From NCBI GenBank assembly GCA_963741945.1, contig CAVUKA010000003.1, positions 352,001 to 416,000 of the forward strand: DNA of 64,000 bases. Direction: 5' to 3'. The notes beneath the pieces were generated by a model. The model was not told the DNA's origin, searched no databases, and saw nothing but the letters and a program-made list of their open reading frames with translations. Source of the DNA: an uncultured Gemmatimonadales bacterium (GTDB lineage: Bacteria > Gemmatimonadota > Gemmatimonadetes > Longimicrobiales > RSA9). Below are positions 21,127 through 30,947 of the stretch, one piece after another. The position numbers were made by a program, and so were the translations under genes. How positions within the stretch are numbered: position 1 is the first letter of the stretch; each line of letters starts with the position of its first letter.

Positions 21127-22251
21127 TCAGAAGCGGAGCAGCGCACCGACGCCGCCGAGGTCCTCGAGAGCGGGCGCGGCAACGAAGTCGATGGCCACGT
21201 CCTGGTCCTCCGCGATGCGTACCATTTCCTCGACGAGGTTGACGCCATCGCGGACGTCGCCGCCGCAGTACGGGCACTCGCCGGAGCTGCGGTCGAGGAT
21301 GAACTCGCATCGGGTGCAGCGGCCGCCGGTACGGTCGAGCCCGCGGGCGAGCACGAGCGTTTCGATCTTCCCTTCCTGCAGGCGCCGCAGCGTCTCGTCG
21401 AATCCGGCGACGGCCTTGTGGGCCGTCTCGACCCGGTCGTGGATCAGGTCGATGGCGCGAGCCTCCTCTTCCTCCAGAATGCGGTGGAACACCTCGCTCA
21501 TCTTGCGCCGGATCTCGGCGGCGGAGGCATCGATCTCCATGCGATCCGTGTGAACGATGATGGACCGCAGCGCCTGCGGCAGGCACTCCCTGAAGCGCGT
21601 GACGTTCTCATGCGTGCCGAGGAGTGTCAGGTCATCAGGGTGGTGGAGGCGGACGAAATCTTCCACCTCGCGGCAGAACTCCTTGAAGAAGTGCTTCGTC
21701 TCCTCCGCCTTCCTGGCCTGGTAGTCGCGAGCGGAGAACCCACCTCGCTGCACGTCGTGGGAAGTGGGATACGGCTCGGTGTCGACGGCGCTCTCGTGCA
21801 CCGTCTGGTCCAGATAGAAGCTCAGGAGCCGCAGATGCTCCCGATCCACGAGGATCACGCCATGGTGGTGGTAACGATGGACGACTTCCACCAGCGGGGT
21901 CACGATGGGCCGGTCGGCAAGCGCCAGCCGGTTTTCCAGTGGCAGGGGGATCTGGTGGGCCGCCATCCAGTCCCCACCGACCTCCACGTAGAGGGCCACG
22001 CCCTTGTTCGCCTCTTCGTAGCCGTCGTCGAGCCACGAGCGGACGCGGGCGAACGCCTCACCGATGGCCTCCCGGTGGTGCCCCTCTCGATCGCTGTCGA
22101 GCTCCTTGAACGAGGATTCCTGCCGGGAAAGGAAGACTTCGTGTGTGCGCTTGTTGTCCGATTTCACGGACATGTCGAGGAAGAGGGAGAGGATGTCCCG
22201 GCCGTTGGCCGGCCGGTCGAGCAGCGGCTGGATGTCGTGGCGTGAGATCAT
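21127..22251 (-). CDS. Bacterial archaeo-eukaryotic release factor 1 (baeRF1/pelota-like) family protein with Zn ribbon
   Basis: ILSLFLD N-domain, GVILVDR, GGFS loop, CTRC...CPYC, terminal GGVGALLRF typical of eRF1 domain 3. Confidence 0.85.
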   Translation of the reverse strand: MISRHDIQPLLDRPANGRDILSLFLDMSVKSDNKRTHEVFLSRQESSFKELDSDREGHHREAIGEAFARVRSWLDDGYEEANKGVALYVEVGGDWMAAHQIPLPLENRLALADRPIVTPLVEVVHRYHHHGVILVDREHLRLLSFYLDQTVHESAVDTEPYPTSHDVQRGGFSARDYQARKAEETKHFFKEFCREVEDFVRLHHPDDLTLLGTHENVTRFRECLPQALRSIIVHTDRMEIDASAAEIRRKMSEVFHRILEEEEARAIDLIHDRVETAHKAVAGFDETLRRLQEGKIETLVLARGLDRTGGRCTRCEFILDRSSGECPYCGGDVRDGVNLVEEMVRIAEDQDVAIDFVAAPALEDLGGVGALLRF

Positions 22252-22300
22252 GGTGTTCTGACCGGTGGATACCTGAGGGCGTTGCACAGGAGCAAGGCGC

Positions 22301-22328
22301 AAGAAACAGGCCCCGGTGAGGGGCTGTT
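22301..22328 (-). terminator. Possible intrinsic terminator after guaB
   Basis: Minus strand AACAGCCCC-TCACC-GGGGCCTGTTTCTT hairpin with a short U tail. Confidence 0.45.
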
Positions 22329-22406
22329 CTGCTGCTGGAGCGGCGCACCTGCGGCTTCGCTGCGGGCGCCCGGTCGCCCTCCGGGTGCTGTCCCCGGGGT
22401 GGCCCT

Positions 22407-23876
22407 CTACAGGTGGTAGTTGGGCGCTTCCCTCGTGATGGCCACGTCGTGCGGGTGGGACTCCCGGAGGCCACCGCCGGTGATGGTGACGAACTTCGAC
22501 TCACTGCGGAGCGCGGGGATGTCGGCGACGCCGCAGTAGCCCATCCCGCTGCGGAGCCCGCCCACGAGCTGATAGATGACGTCGGAGACCGGCCCCTTGT
22601 AGGGGACCCGTGCCTCGATGCCCTCAGGGACGAACTTCCGCCCCTGGTTCTGGTCCTGGAAGTAGCGGTCGGCGGAGCCCTCTTCCATGGCGGAAAGGGA
22701 GCCCATGCCGCGCACCGTCTTGAATCGGCGGCCTTCGAGCAGGAAGCTCTCGCCGGGGCTCTCCTCGGTGCCGGCGAAGAGCGATCCCATCATGACGGCG
22801 TGCGCGCCCGCGGCGAGGGCCTTGACGATGTCGCCGGAATAACGGATGCCGCCGTCGGCCACGATGCTGACGTCATCATCAACGCCCTGGACGGCCTCCA
22901 TGATGGCCGTGAGCTGGGGCACGCCCACACCGGTGACCACGCGGGTAGTGCAGATGCTACCGGGGCCGATCCCCACCTTGACCACGTTGGCGCCGCGCTC
23001 GGCAATGGCCCTGGCGCCGTCGGCGCTGCCGACGTTCCCGGCCATGATCTCGACATCGGGGAAGCGGTTGCGCAGCGTCTCGAGGGCGGTGAGGACGCCC
23101 TCGGAGTGGCCGTGCGCCGTGTCGATGACGAGGAGATCGCAGCCCGCGTCCACGAGCTGCTGTGCGCGGGAGAGGTCGCCCCGCGCCGTGCCCACGGCGG
23201 CCGCGACACGAAGGCGGCCGTGCTCGTCCTTGCACGCGTTCGGGAACGCACGCCGCTTGAAGATGTCCTTGACCGTGATCAGGCCGCGAAGCTTCCCGTC
23301 CTCGTCCACGACGGGGAGTTTCTCGATGCGGTGCCGGTGCAGGATGCGCTCGGCCTCTTCGAGCGATGTGCCCACGGGCGCGGTGACCAGGTTGCCGCTG
23401 GTCATGACAGCCTGGATCGGCTGGTCCATCTCCGTCTCGAACTGCAGGTCGCGGTTGGTGATGATGCCGACGAGTCGGCCATCGTCGCCGACGATCGGGA
23501 CACCGCTGATGGAGAACTGGGCCATGAGGTGGTGGGCATCGCGCAGGGAGGCGTCGGAGCTCAGGGTGATCGGGTTCAGGATCATCCCGCTCTCGGAGCG
23601 CTTGACCCGATCCACCTCCGCGGCCTGACGGTCCGCGGACATGTTCTTGTGGATCACGCCGATGCCGCCCTCGCGGGCCATGGCAATGGCCATGCGGGAC
23701 TCGGTCACCGTGTCCATGGCCGCGGAGATCAGCGGGATGCGCAGCTCGATCCGCTCCGTGAGCCGCGTTGTGACGGATGTGTTGCGCGGATGCACTTCGG
23801 AGTACCGCGGAACCAGCAGCACATCATCGAATGTCAGCGCTTCGCCCAGGATCCGATCGCGCCCCGCTTCCTTCAT
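22407..23876 (-). CDS. guaB: IMP dehydrogenase
   Basis: [19 protein letters not shown] pair, [21 protein letters not shown]. Confidence 0.99.
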   Translation of the reverse strand: MKEAGRDRILGEALTFDDVLLVPRYSEVHPRNTSVTTRLTERIELRIPLISAAMDTVTESRMAIAMAREGGIGVIHKNMSADRQAAEVDRVKRSESGMILNPITLSSDASLRDAHHLMAQFSISGVPIVGDDGRLVGIITNRDLQFETEMDQPIQAVMTSGNLVTAPVGTSLEEAERILHRHRIEKLPVVDEDGKLRGLITVKDIFKRRAFPNACKDEHGRLRVAAAVGTARGDLSRAQQLVDAGCDLLVIDTAHGHSEGVLTALETLRNRFPDVEIMAGNVGSADGARAIAERGANVVKVGIGPGSICTTRVVTGVGVPQLTAIMEAVQGVDDDVSIVADGGIRYSGDIVKALAAGAHAVMMGSLFAGTEESPGESFLLEGRRFKTVRGMGSLSAMEEGSADRYFQDQNQGRKFVPEGIEARVPYKGPVSDVIYQLVGGLRSGMGYCGVADIPALRSESKFVTITGGGLRESHPHDVAITREAPNYHL

Positions 23877-24019
23877 CGCTTCCCCCCGATGCACGACACC
23901 CGCGAGCCGCCGATCGGCGACCCCGCGGGTGCTCTGTCCGTCCAGCTTCGACTGTTTCCTCGTTCCATGGCGGAACCTACGGGCCGCCCGGCGAAGGTGT
24001 CAAGATGGCGGCGCCGCCT

Positions 24020-24391
24020 TCAGCCACCCCCCTTGTCGTCCTCTTCGGCGGCCGAGCCCTTCGGCGAGCCGCCCCGGTCCTCCTGCGCCTCCCGCTCCTC
24101 GCGCTTCGCCCCGTTGGGTGGACCCTGCACGATGTCGCGGACGCCATCGAAGAACTTCCCCGCCGAACTCATGAGGCGCATGGTCCCCTTCATGGCCTTC
24201 GGTGCCAGGGAGCGGACCCGCATCTGGTCCTCCACGCGCTCCGCGAACTGCTGGAATGGATCCGGCTTTCGGGCCACGGACGCGGCGTACTTCGCCTCCA
24301 GGAACTCGATGTAATCGATGGCCTGGTAGAGCTGCGCCTCCGGCAACGCCTCCAGCTTCCGCAGCAGCCGCTTTCTCGTCACGTCTTCCAT
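24020..24391 (-). CDS. Hypothetical protein, DUF2281-like N-terminus
   Basis: [23 protein letters not shown] helical motif; GGAGG before ATG 24391. Confidence 0.65.
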   Translation of the reverse strand: MEDVTRKRLLRKLEALPEAQLYQAIDYIEFLEAKYAASVARKPDPFQQFAERVEDQMRVRSLAPKAMKGTMRLMSSAGKFFDGVRDIVQGPPNGAKREEREAQEDRGGSPKGSAAEEDDKGGG

Positions 24392-24644
24392 GCATCCTCC
24401 CGGGACCATCCTTGCCTGCCCCACCCTCTACGCGGAAGGTATGCCGCCGGTTTCCGCGAGGTAAGGGCCGCCGCGGGCATGGACGTGCCGGGGCGGTGCC
24501 GCATCCCCGCGAGCGGCGCCGCCCGGCCAGCGCCGCCGGTCACGGCATGGAACACGCATGCATGTTGCGGGGTTTCTGCACGCGATCGATCACACGGAGG
24601 ACGACGCCACCTCGCGGCGTCGTTTTGCATCAGGGGGCCAGGCC

Positions 24645-25472
24645 ATGGCGATGGAGTTCCTGCCACTCAGGAAGGTGGCCATTCCGACCGCGACCGAGCG
24701 GGAGTACGACCGCTGGGTGGGCGAGATCGCGGAACGGCTGGAGGACGAGAGCGTGGACCGCAACGAGATGGTGCGCGAGATCCTCACGGCCATCCATTAC
24801 CCGCAGTACGTGGACGCGGACCCGCGGGAGCTCCCGGCCCCCGCGCGCATCGCGCTGCTCCAGATGGACCCCCGCAACGTCACGCTGGAACCCGAGTACT
24901 ACCGCGACATCGACCCGGAGCGGTACGCCCCCATAAAGCCGATCCAGTGGCTGTGGGAGAGCTTCGACCGCAGTCCCCTGGGCGAGAACGTCCACCTCGG
25001 CGTGAAGCTCCGGCGTGTTCTGGCCCGTCACGCCTTCCGCCGCGTGGGCCGGAACTTCAAGGCCTTCCACCAGGTCAAGTTCTCCTTCGGCTACAACCTC
25101 GAGATCGGCGACGACGTCGTGGTTCACCGCTACGTGCTGCTGGACGACCGCGGCGGGATCCGGATCGGCGACAACGCTTCCATTTCCGACTTCTCCAACG
25201 TCTACAGCCACACCCATGCCCTCTACGACGGGCGCTACGTGAACTGCCCGGAGACCATCATTGGCGACGGTGTCCGCGTCACCTATCACGGCACCGTGCT
25301 GGCGGGCGTCCATCTCGCCCCGGACGCCATGCTCGGGTCCATGGCCGTGGCCACGCGCGACGTGGAGTCCGGACAGGTGGCGCTCGGCATCCCGGCCGTG
25401 CCCAAGCTGAACAAGCCCGCAATGGAGGACCGGCCGCAGTCGCCCGAGACGGAGGACCCGCTCTGCGACTAG
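24645..25472 (+). CDS. Hexapeptide-repeat (left-handed beta-helix) acyltransferase
   Basis: [27 protein letters not shown] repeats; GIPA terminal motif. Confidence 0.85.
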   Translation: MAMEFLPLRKVAIPTATEREYDRWVGEIAERLEDESVDRNEMVREILTAIHYPQYVDADPRELPAPARIALLQMDPRNVTLEPEYYRDIDPERYAPIKPIQWLWESFDRSPLGENVHLGVKLRRVLARHAFRRVGRNFKAFHQVKFSFGYNLEIGDDVVVHRYVLLDDRGGIRIGDNASISDFSNVYSHTHALYDGRYVNCPETIIGDGVRVTYHGTVLAGVHLAPDAMLGSMAVATRDVESGQVALGIPAVPKLNKPAMEDRPQSPETEDPLCD

Positions 25473-25551
25473 GCCGTGTGCGGCGGAGCCACGCCGCGGC
25501 TATACTTCTCTGTTCCACTCCCACATCGTTGCGCTCAAGAAGGAGCATCGC

Positions 25552-27270
25552 ATGCCACGTGTGCACACTCTCCCCGGCACCGTGCTGGCTCTCGCGGGCC
25601 TGCTGGCCATGAGCACCCTTGCCGGCTGCGCGGGCGACCGGGAGCCCGGCGACTCGCCAACCGTGTCACTCGAGGCCGCGGGGCCGGCGCTGGAGAGCAT
25701 CCAGGTGCCGGATCTCATGGATGCCATCGACACCCTGGCCTCCGATGCGTACGAGGGAAGGGCCCCGGCCACGCCGGGCGAAGAGAAGACGGTCTCTTAC
25801 CTGACGCGGCGCTTCGAAGCCATGGGCCTGGCGCCCGGGAACCCGGACGGGACGTTCGTACAGGATGTGTCGCTGGTGGGGATCCGGAATCACGCGCAGG
25901 GGTCCATCGCCGTCGGCGGCAGGACCATCGCGTTGCGTACGCCCGAGAATTTCGTCGGCGTATCGTTCCGGGACACCTCGGAGGTGCACGTGCGGGATTC
26001 CGACGTCGTGTTCGTGGGCTACGGCGTGGAAGCTCCGGAGTACGGCTGGGACGACTATGCCGGCGAGGACATGACGGGGAAGACGCTGGTCATGCTGGTG
26101 AACGACCCGCCCGTGCGGGTGGAAGGGGACACGGCGCTCGATCCGGCCATGTTCAACGGCAAGGCGATGACGTACTACGGCCGCTGGACGTACAAGTACG
26201 AGGTCGGCGCGGAGAAGAACGCGGACGCCGTGATCATCGTTCACGAGACGGGGCCCGCGGGGTATCCGTGGGAGGTCGTGACGGGGAGTTGGGGCCCGGA
26301 GCAGTTCGGGATCGCCGGCGGCGGGGACAGGACGCCGGTCAAGGTGGAGAGCTGGATCACGGAAGCGACGGCGCGCGACCTCTTCCAGGCGGCCGGGCTG
26401 GACTTCGACCAGATGAAGGAGAAAGCGCGGACGCCGGGCTTCACGCCCGTGGCGCTGAACGCGAAAGCGAACCTGGACGTGGCCATGGAGCGGCGGGAGG
26501 TGCAGTCGCGCAACGTCGTGGCGAAGCTCCCGGGCTCCGACCCGGCGGTGTCCGGCGAGTACGTGATCTACACGGCGCACTGGGACCACCTGGGGCGTGA
26601 CACCACGCTGGAGGGCGACCAGATCTTCAACGGCGCGCTGGACAACGCCAGTGGAGTGGCCGGGCTGCTGGAGCTGGCCCAGGCGTACACGAAGCTTGCG
26701 GAAGCCCCACGTCGCTCGATCCTGTTCCTGGCGGTGACGGGGGAGGAGAAGGGGCTGCTGGGCGCGAAGTACTATGCCGAGCACCCGCTCTATCCGCTCA
26801 ACAAGACGCTTGCGGACATCAACATGGACGGGCTGAACCAGTGGGGTCCGACCCGTGACATCGTGGTCGTGGGCATGGGCAATTCATCGCTGGACGGAGT
26901 GCTCGATCGGTACGCCACCACCAGGGGGCGTCACCTGGTGCCGGACCCGGAGCCGGAGAAGGGCTACTTCTATCGCTCCGACCATTTCGAGTTCGCGAAG
27001 AAGGGGGTTCCGGCGCTCTACACGGATGCGGGCACCGAGTTCGTGGGCAAGCCCGCGGGGTGGGGCGAGGCGAAGCGGCAGGAGTACGTCGTGAACGACT
27101 ACCACAAGCCATCGGACGAAGTGAAGCCCGATTGGGACCTGTCCGGCGCCGCGCAGGACGTGCAGCTGATGTTCCTGGTCGGCTACGACGTGGCCCAGGG
27201 CGCCGCCTGGCCCGAGTGGAGCGAGGGGAACGAGTTCAGGGCCACGCGCGACGCCACGCTCGCCGACTAG
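25552..27270 (+). CDS. M28 family metallopeptidase with PA domain, lipoprotein
   Basis: LAGC lipobox; [34 protein letters not shown]. Confidence 0.93.
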   Translation: MPRVHTLPGTVLALAGLLAMSTLAGCAGDREPGDSPTVSLEAAGPALESIQVPDLMDAIDTLASDAYEGRAPATPGEEKTVSYLTRRFEAMGLAPGNPDGTFVQDVSLVGIRNHAQGSIAVGGRTIALRTPENFVGVSFRDTSEVHVRDSDVVFVGYGVEAPEYGWDDYAGEDMTGKTLVMLVNDPPVRVEGDTALDPAMFNGKAMTYYGRWTYKYEVGAEKNADAVIIVHETGPAGYPWEVVTGSWGPEQFGIAGGGDRTPVKVESWITEATARDLFQAAGLDFDQMKEKARTPGFTPVALNAKANLDVAMERREVQSRNVVAKLPGSDPAVSGEYVIYTAHWDHLGRDTTLEGDQIFNGALDNASGVAGLLELAQAYTKLAEAPRRSILFLAVTGEEKGLLGAKYYAEHPLYPLNKTLADINMDGLNQWGPTRDIVVVGMGNSSLDGVLDRYATTRGRHLVPDPEPEKGYFYRSDHFEFAKKGVPALYTDAGTEFVGKPAGWGEAKRQEYVVNDYHKPSDEVKPDWDLSGAAQDVQLMFLVGYDVAQGAAWPEWSEGNEFRATRDATLAD

Positions 27271-27512
27271 CAGCTCGATGGTTCCCGCGCGAGTCCGCTG
27301 ACCCGCTCAGCCGGCTCCGCGCGGACTCATCCACCAACACGCCAGCGCTCGCCCGACTGGCGCAGCGCGAACGGCGTCCCCGCGGCCACAATGTGTTCCG
27401 GAGACCGCTCTCCAGGACCGGGCGCGGTGGACGGGCACGCGGGTTGCCTCACGACGGCTGCTCTGGCAGCTTCGCACCGGCGAACGCCCGCACTCGAATC
27501 ACGGAGACCCCG

Positions 27513-28529
27513 TTGGATCGTGCCGCAGACCCACTGCCGATCGAGCCCCTGGTTCCCTCGCGACCGCGTGCCCACGAGGGGCCGGTGAGCGCCGATCCCG
27601 GCAAGGCGGCCATGCGCGCGGAAGTGGCCGAAGGCCTGTCGCGTGAGCCGAGGGAGCTGTCCCCCAAGTGGTTTTACGACCAGCGCGGCTCGGAGCTGTT
27701 CGAGGCCATCACTCGGCTGCCGGAGTACTATCCGACGCGCGCCGAGCGGCGCCTGCTCGTGGAGGAGGCGCCCGCCTGGGTCCGGGATCTGGCGCCCGGG
27801 ACGCTGGTGGAGCTGGGGGCCGGAGCGGCCGACAAGACCCGGGCGCTGCTGGACGCCATGGTCGCCCACGCCGCCGGCCCCCTGGCGTTCGTGCCCGTGG
27901 ACATCAGCGGCGACTACCTGGCCAATGTGGCCGCGGTGCTCCGGCGCGACTACGCCACCGTGGATGTACGGCCCGTGGTCGCCGACATGTCCCGGGGCTT
28001 CCACGTCCCCGACGGCCTCCCCGCTCCGATCCTGTTCGCCCTGCTCGGCGGGACCATCGGCAACTTCGACGGCGCCGCCGCGCGCGAGCTGCTGCGGCGT
28101 ATCCGGGCGGAGATGGCGCCGGGCGACCGCTTCCTCATGGGCGTGGACCTCGTGAAGGAGACGGCCATCCTGGAGGCCGCCTACAACGATGCAGCCGGGG
28201 TGACCGCAGAGTTCAACCTGAACGTGCTCCGTGTCCTGAACCGCGAGCTGGGCGCCGATTTCGACCTGGACGCATTCCACCACGCCGCGCACTATGATCC
28301 CGACCGCACCCGCATCGAAATGCACCTGGTGGCGAACGCTCCCACCCACGTCACCATCCCGGGCGCCGGGACGTTCGAGTTCGCCGCGGGGGAGTCGATC
28401 CGGACCGAGATCAGCTGCAAGTATCGGCGTCCGGAAGCGGAAGCGCTGTTCCGGGATGCCGGGCTCAGCATGAGGGATTGGGTCACGACCGAGCCCGGCT
28501 TCGCGCTCACGCTGGCCGCGCCCGACTAG
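27513..28529 (+). CDS. egtD: L-histidine N-alpha-methyltransferase (EgtD family)
   Basis: PKWFYD..GSELFEAITRLPEYY, ELGAG, GGTIGN, AYND..GVTAEFN, IRTEISCKY. Start uncertain (TTG 27513 after GGAG, GTG 27585 or ATG 27612). Confidence 0.9.
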   Translation: MDRAADPLPIEPLVPSRPRAHEGPVSADPGKAAMRAEVAEGLSREPRELSPKWFYDQRGSELFEAITRLPEYYPTRAERRLLVEEAPAWVRDLAPGTLVELGAGAADKTRALLDAMVAHAAGPLAFVPVDISGDYLANVAAVLRRDYATVDVRPVVADMSRGFHVPDGLPAPILFALLGGTIGNFDGAAARELLRRIRAEMAPGDRFLMGVDLVKETAILEAAYNDAAGVTAEFNLNVLRVLNRELGADFDLDAFHHAAHYDPDRTRIEMHLVANAPTHVTIPGAGTFEFAAGESIRTEISCKYRRPEAEALFRDAGLSMRDWVTTEPGFALTLAAPD

Positions 28530-28639
28530 CGGCACGCGCCCGGGTCCGCGCTGCCGGGGGCAGCGCCGGGCGCTGCGTTGCGGGCGCCGGGCGGCGTCCG
28601 CATCTTGACGCCCATTCCGGCTCCAATCCCCGATCTCAC

Positions 28640-30619
28640 ATGGCCAACTTCACCCCCATCGACTGGTTCTGGGCGACCGCGTTCCTGCTGCTGATGGTCG
28701 GCGGCGCGTTCCTCTTCTATCGCTTGGGGCGTCGCTCGGAGAGCGATTTCTTCCTGGCGGGCCGCGGCCTGCCCTGGTGGCTGCCGGCGTCGTCCGTGTT
28801 CTCCACCCACACGGCCACGGACACGCCCATGTGGATCACGGGGACCGTCTACGTCCACGGACTGCGCGGGCTCTGGTACACGTTCTTCACCGCGTGGACG
28901 GCCATTGGCAGCTTCGTCTCCGCCCGGATCTTCCGCCGCTCCCTGGCCTACACGCAGGCGGAATGGCAGGTGTTGCGCTTCGGCGGGCTCGGCGCCGAGC
29001 TGCTGCGCGGGTGGATGGCCGGCTGGCAGGTCTTCATGAACATGTTCATCCTCGGCTGGGTGGGCATCGCCATGGGGAAGGTCGGGGCCATGGCGTTCGG
29101 CTGGCCCGTCTGGATCGGTCTCGTCGTCCCCACCCTGATCACGGCCGTCTACACGCTGGCCGCCGGCTACTGGGGCGTGGTCATGGGTGACTTCCTCCAG
29201 GGCATCGTGGCCGTCTTCGCCATCGTGCTGGTCTCCCTCGTGGGGATCGCGGCCGCCGGCGGTGGCGTGGGTGTGGTGGACGGCCTCCACCGCATGGGCG
29301 AGTCCTGGCGACTCGACCCGTTCCACTTCACCGGACTCCTCTCGGGCGACTTCCCCGTGGCCTGGTTCGCCACCATGCTGGTCATCGCCGTCGTCGGCGG
29401 CTTCGGCATGGGGACGAGCATCGACTGGTACGCGGAAGCGCAGCGGATCCAGAGCGCCCGCACCGTGCGCGACGCCAGCTACGGACTGTTCGCGGGCGGC
29501 CTGGCGACGCTGGTGCGGAACGGGTTCTGGGCGGCGAGCATCGTCGCCTTCTTCGTTCTCGTTCCGGGAATGACGAACGGGGCGGAGTACGAGCTCGGCT
29601 GGTTCCGCATGGGGTTCGGACTGCTCCCGGCCGGCCTCGTGGGCGTGTTCTTCGGCGCGATCCTGGCCATCCACATGTCCACCATTTCGAGCCACCTGAA
29701 CATGGGCGCGCTCTACTTCACCCGTGACCTGTATCAGCGCTATTTCCGTCCCGAGGCGGGCGAGCGGGAGCTGGTGCGTGTGGGACGGGTGATCACGGCG
29801 GTGCTTCTGGTGGGCTCGTTCTTCTACGGGCTCATGATGACGGAGATCACGCAATGGCTGATCTTCGCCCTGTGGCTCATGATGGCGGGCATCTGGCTCC
29901 CCAACATCCTGCAGGTGGTCTGGTGGCGCTTCAACGCGTGGGGCTACCTGAGCGCGTGGATCGCCAACCTCGGCGTGTCCTGGCTCGTGGTCTGGGTGCT
30001 CCCGGCCTTCCACGTGCTCCCCGTTCTCCCGGACCACTTCCAGTTCTGGCTCCTCATGGCGCTCGGCGCCGCCGTCTTCCTTCCCGCCACGCTCCTCACC
30101 CGGCCGGAGAAGATGGATCACCTGGTGCGCTACTACGTCATGACGCGGCCGCTGGGGTGGTGGGAGCCGGTCCATCGGGAAGCGGTGCGACGCGGGCTGC
30201 TCTCGGATCATCCTGCCCCCGGCGGTTCGATCCCGGCGGGGGCGGGCGGGCGCTCGAGCTCGGCCACCCGCCGGCCCCTCATCCGGCGGGCATGGACGCC
30301 GAAGGAGGCGGAGGGATGGTCGCGGGAGGACTGGATCGTGATCGTGCTTGCGCCCGTCGTATACGCGCTCACCATGCTGGGCGTGGCGCTGGCGCTGCTG
30401 GCGCGGCCCGTCGGGTGGGCCATGCTGCTCTCCGCGCTCGTCCTGGGCACGCTCATGTACTGGGTCATCGACCCGAAGCTGCGCGCGGTGTCCGTGGAGT
30501 ACGAGGAGCGCCAGGCGGCGTACCTCAAGGACCTGGAGCGCGTGCTCCGCTGGGAGGAGCCCATCGGCGACCCGGCCGAGCCCGCAGACCCGCTCTCGCC
30601 CACCCGGGGAGGAGGTTGA
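28640..30619 (+). CDS. Sodium:solute symporter family protein with extra C-terminal two-TM module
   Basis: DFFLAGRGLPWW, many TM helices, GVVMGDFLQ, AQRIQSAR, MSTISSHLN, RDLY. Confidence 0.9.
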   Translation: MANFTPIDWFWATAFLLLMVGGAFLFYRLGRRSESDFFLAGRGLPWWLPASSVFSTHTATDTPMWITGTVYVHGLRGLWYTFFTAWTAIGSFVSARIFRRSLAYTQAEWQVLRFGGLGAELLRGWMAGWQVFMNMFILGWVGIAMGKVGAMAFGWPVWIGLVVPTLITAVYTLAAGYWGVVMGDFLQGIVAVFAIVLVSLVGIAAAGGGVGVVDGLHRMGESWRLDPFHFTGLLSGDFPVAWFATMLVIAVVGGFGMGTSIDWYAEAQRIQSARTVRDASYGLFAGGLATLVRNGFWAASIVAFFVLVPGMTNGAEYELGWFRMGFGLLPAGLVGVFFGAILAIHMSTISSHLNMGALYFTRDLYQRYFRPEAGERELVRVGRVITAVLLVGSFFYGLMMTEITQWLIFALWLMMAGIWLPNILQVVWWRFNAWGYLSAWIANLGVSWLVVWVLPAFHVLPVLPDHFQFWLLMALGAAVFLPATLLTRPEKMDHLVRYYVMTRPLGWWEPVHREAVRRGLLSDHPAPGGSIPAGAGGRSSSATRRPLIRRAWTPKEAEGWSREDWIVIVLAPVVYALTMLGVALALLARPVGWAMLLSALVLGTLMYWVIDPKLRAVSVEYEERQAAYLKDLERVLRWEEPIGDPAEPADPLSPTRGGG

Positions 30620-30620
30620 A

Positions 30621-30785
30621 ATGGACCGGGGGCTCGTGACGCTGATCGGGATGAGCATCGCCTACGTGGCTTCGTTCATCGGGATGGGGCTGGCGTGGTG
30701 GGCTTGGCGACGGCGCGATGACGAGCGGAAATCCCGCTCGGGCAGCCCGCCGCCGGCCCGGAAATCGGAGGGAAACGGCGAATGA
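30621..30785 (+). CDS. Single-TM microprotein (54 aa)
   Basis: GGAGG RBS inside the symporter 3' end; MDRGLVTLIGMSIAYVASFIGMGLAWWAWRRR. Confidence 0.7.
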   Translation: MDRGLVTLIGMSIAYVASFIGMGLAWWAWRRRDDERKSRSGSPPPARKSEGNGE

Positions 30786-30907
30786 ACGGGATCGCATCAC
30801 CCCTGACCGGCAGCGTTTTCTGGTCCTGGCTCGTCCCCGCCGCCGTCTTCCTCGTTGCCGCCGGCGCGACCTGGCTCCTCTACCGGGCGTTCGCGGAGCG
30901 CGAGTAG
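30782..30907 (+). CDS. Single-TM microprotein (41 aa)
   Basis: Not in ORF track; ATGA overlap and GGAGG upstream; MNGIASPLTGSVFWSWLVPAAVFLVAAGATWLLYRAFAERE. Confidence 0.65.
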   Translation: MNGIASPLTGSVFWSWLVPAAVFLVAAGATWLLYRAFAERE

Positions 30908-30947
30908 CCCGCATCCGCGAAGCCGACGCGGCGAGGCGGCGCCCGTG

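Noticed and set aside
24020..24391. Toxin-antitoxin module
   Set aside because: DUF2281-like helix is present but there is no adjacent toxin gene
27271..27512. SAM riboswitch upstream of egtD
   Set aside because: Only generic GC hairpins; I could not place SAM-I or SAM-IV core nucleotides
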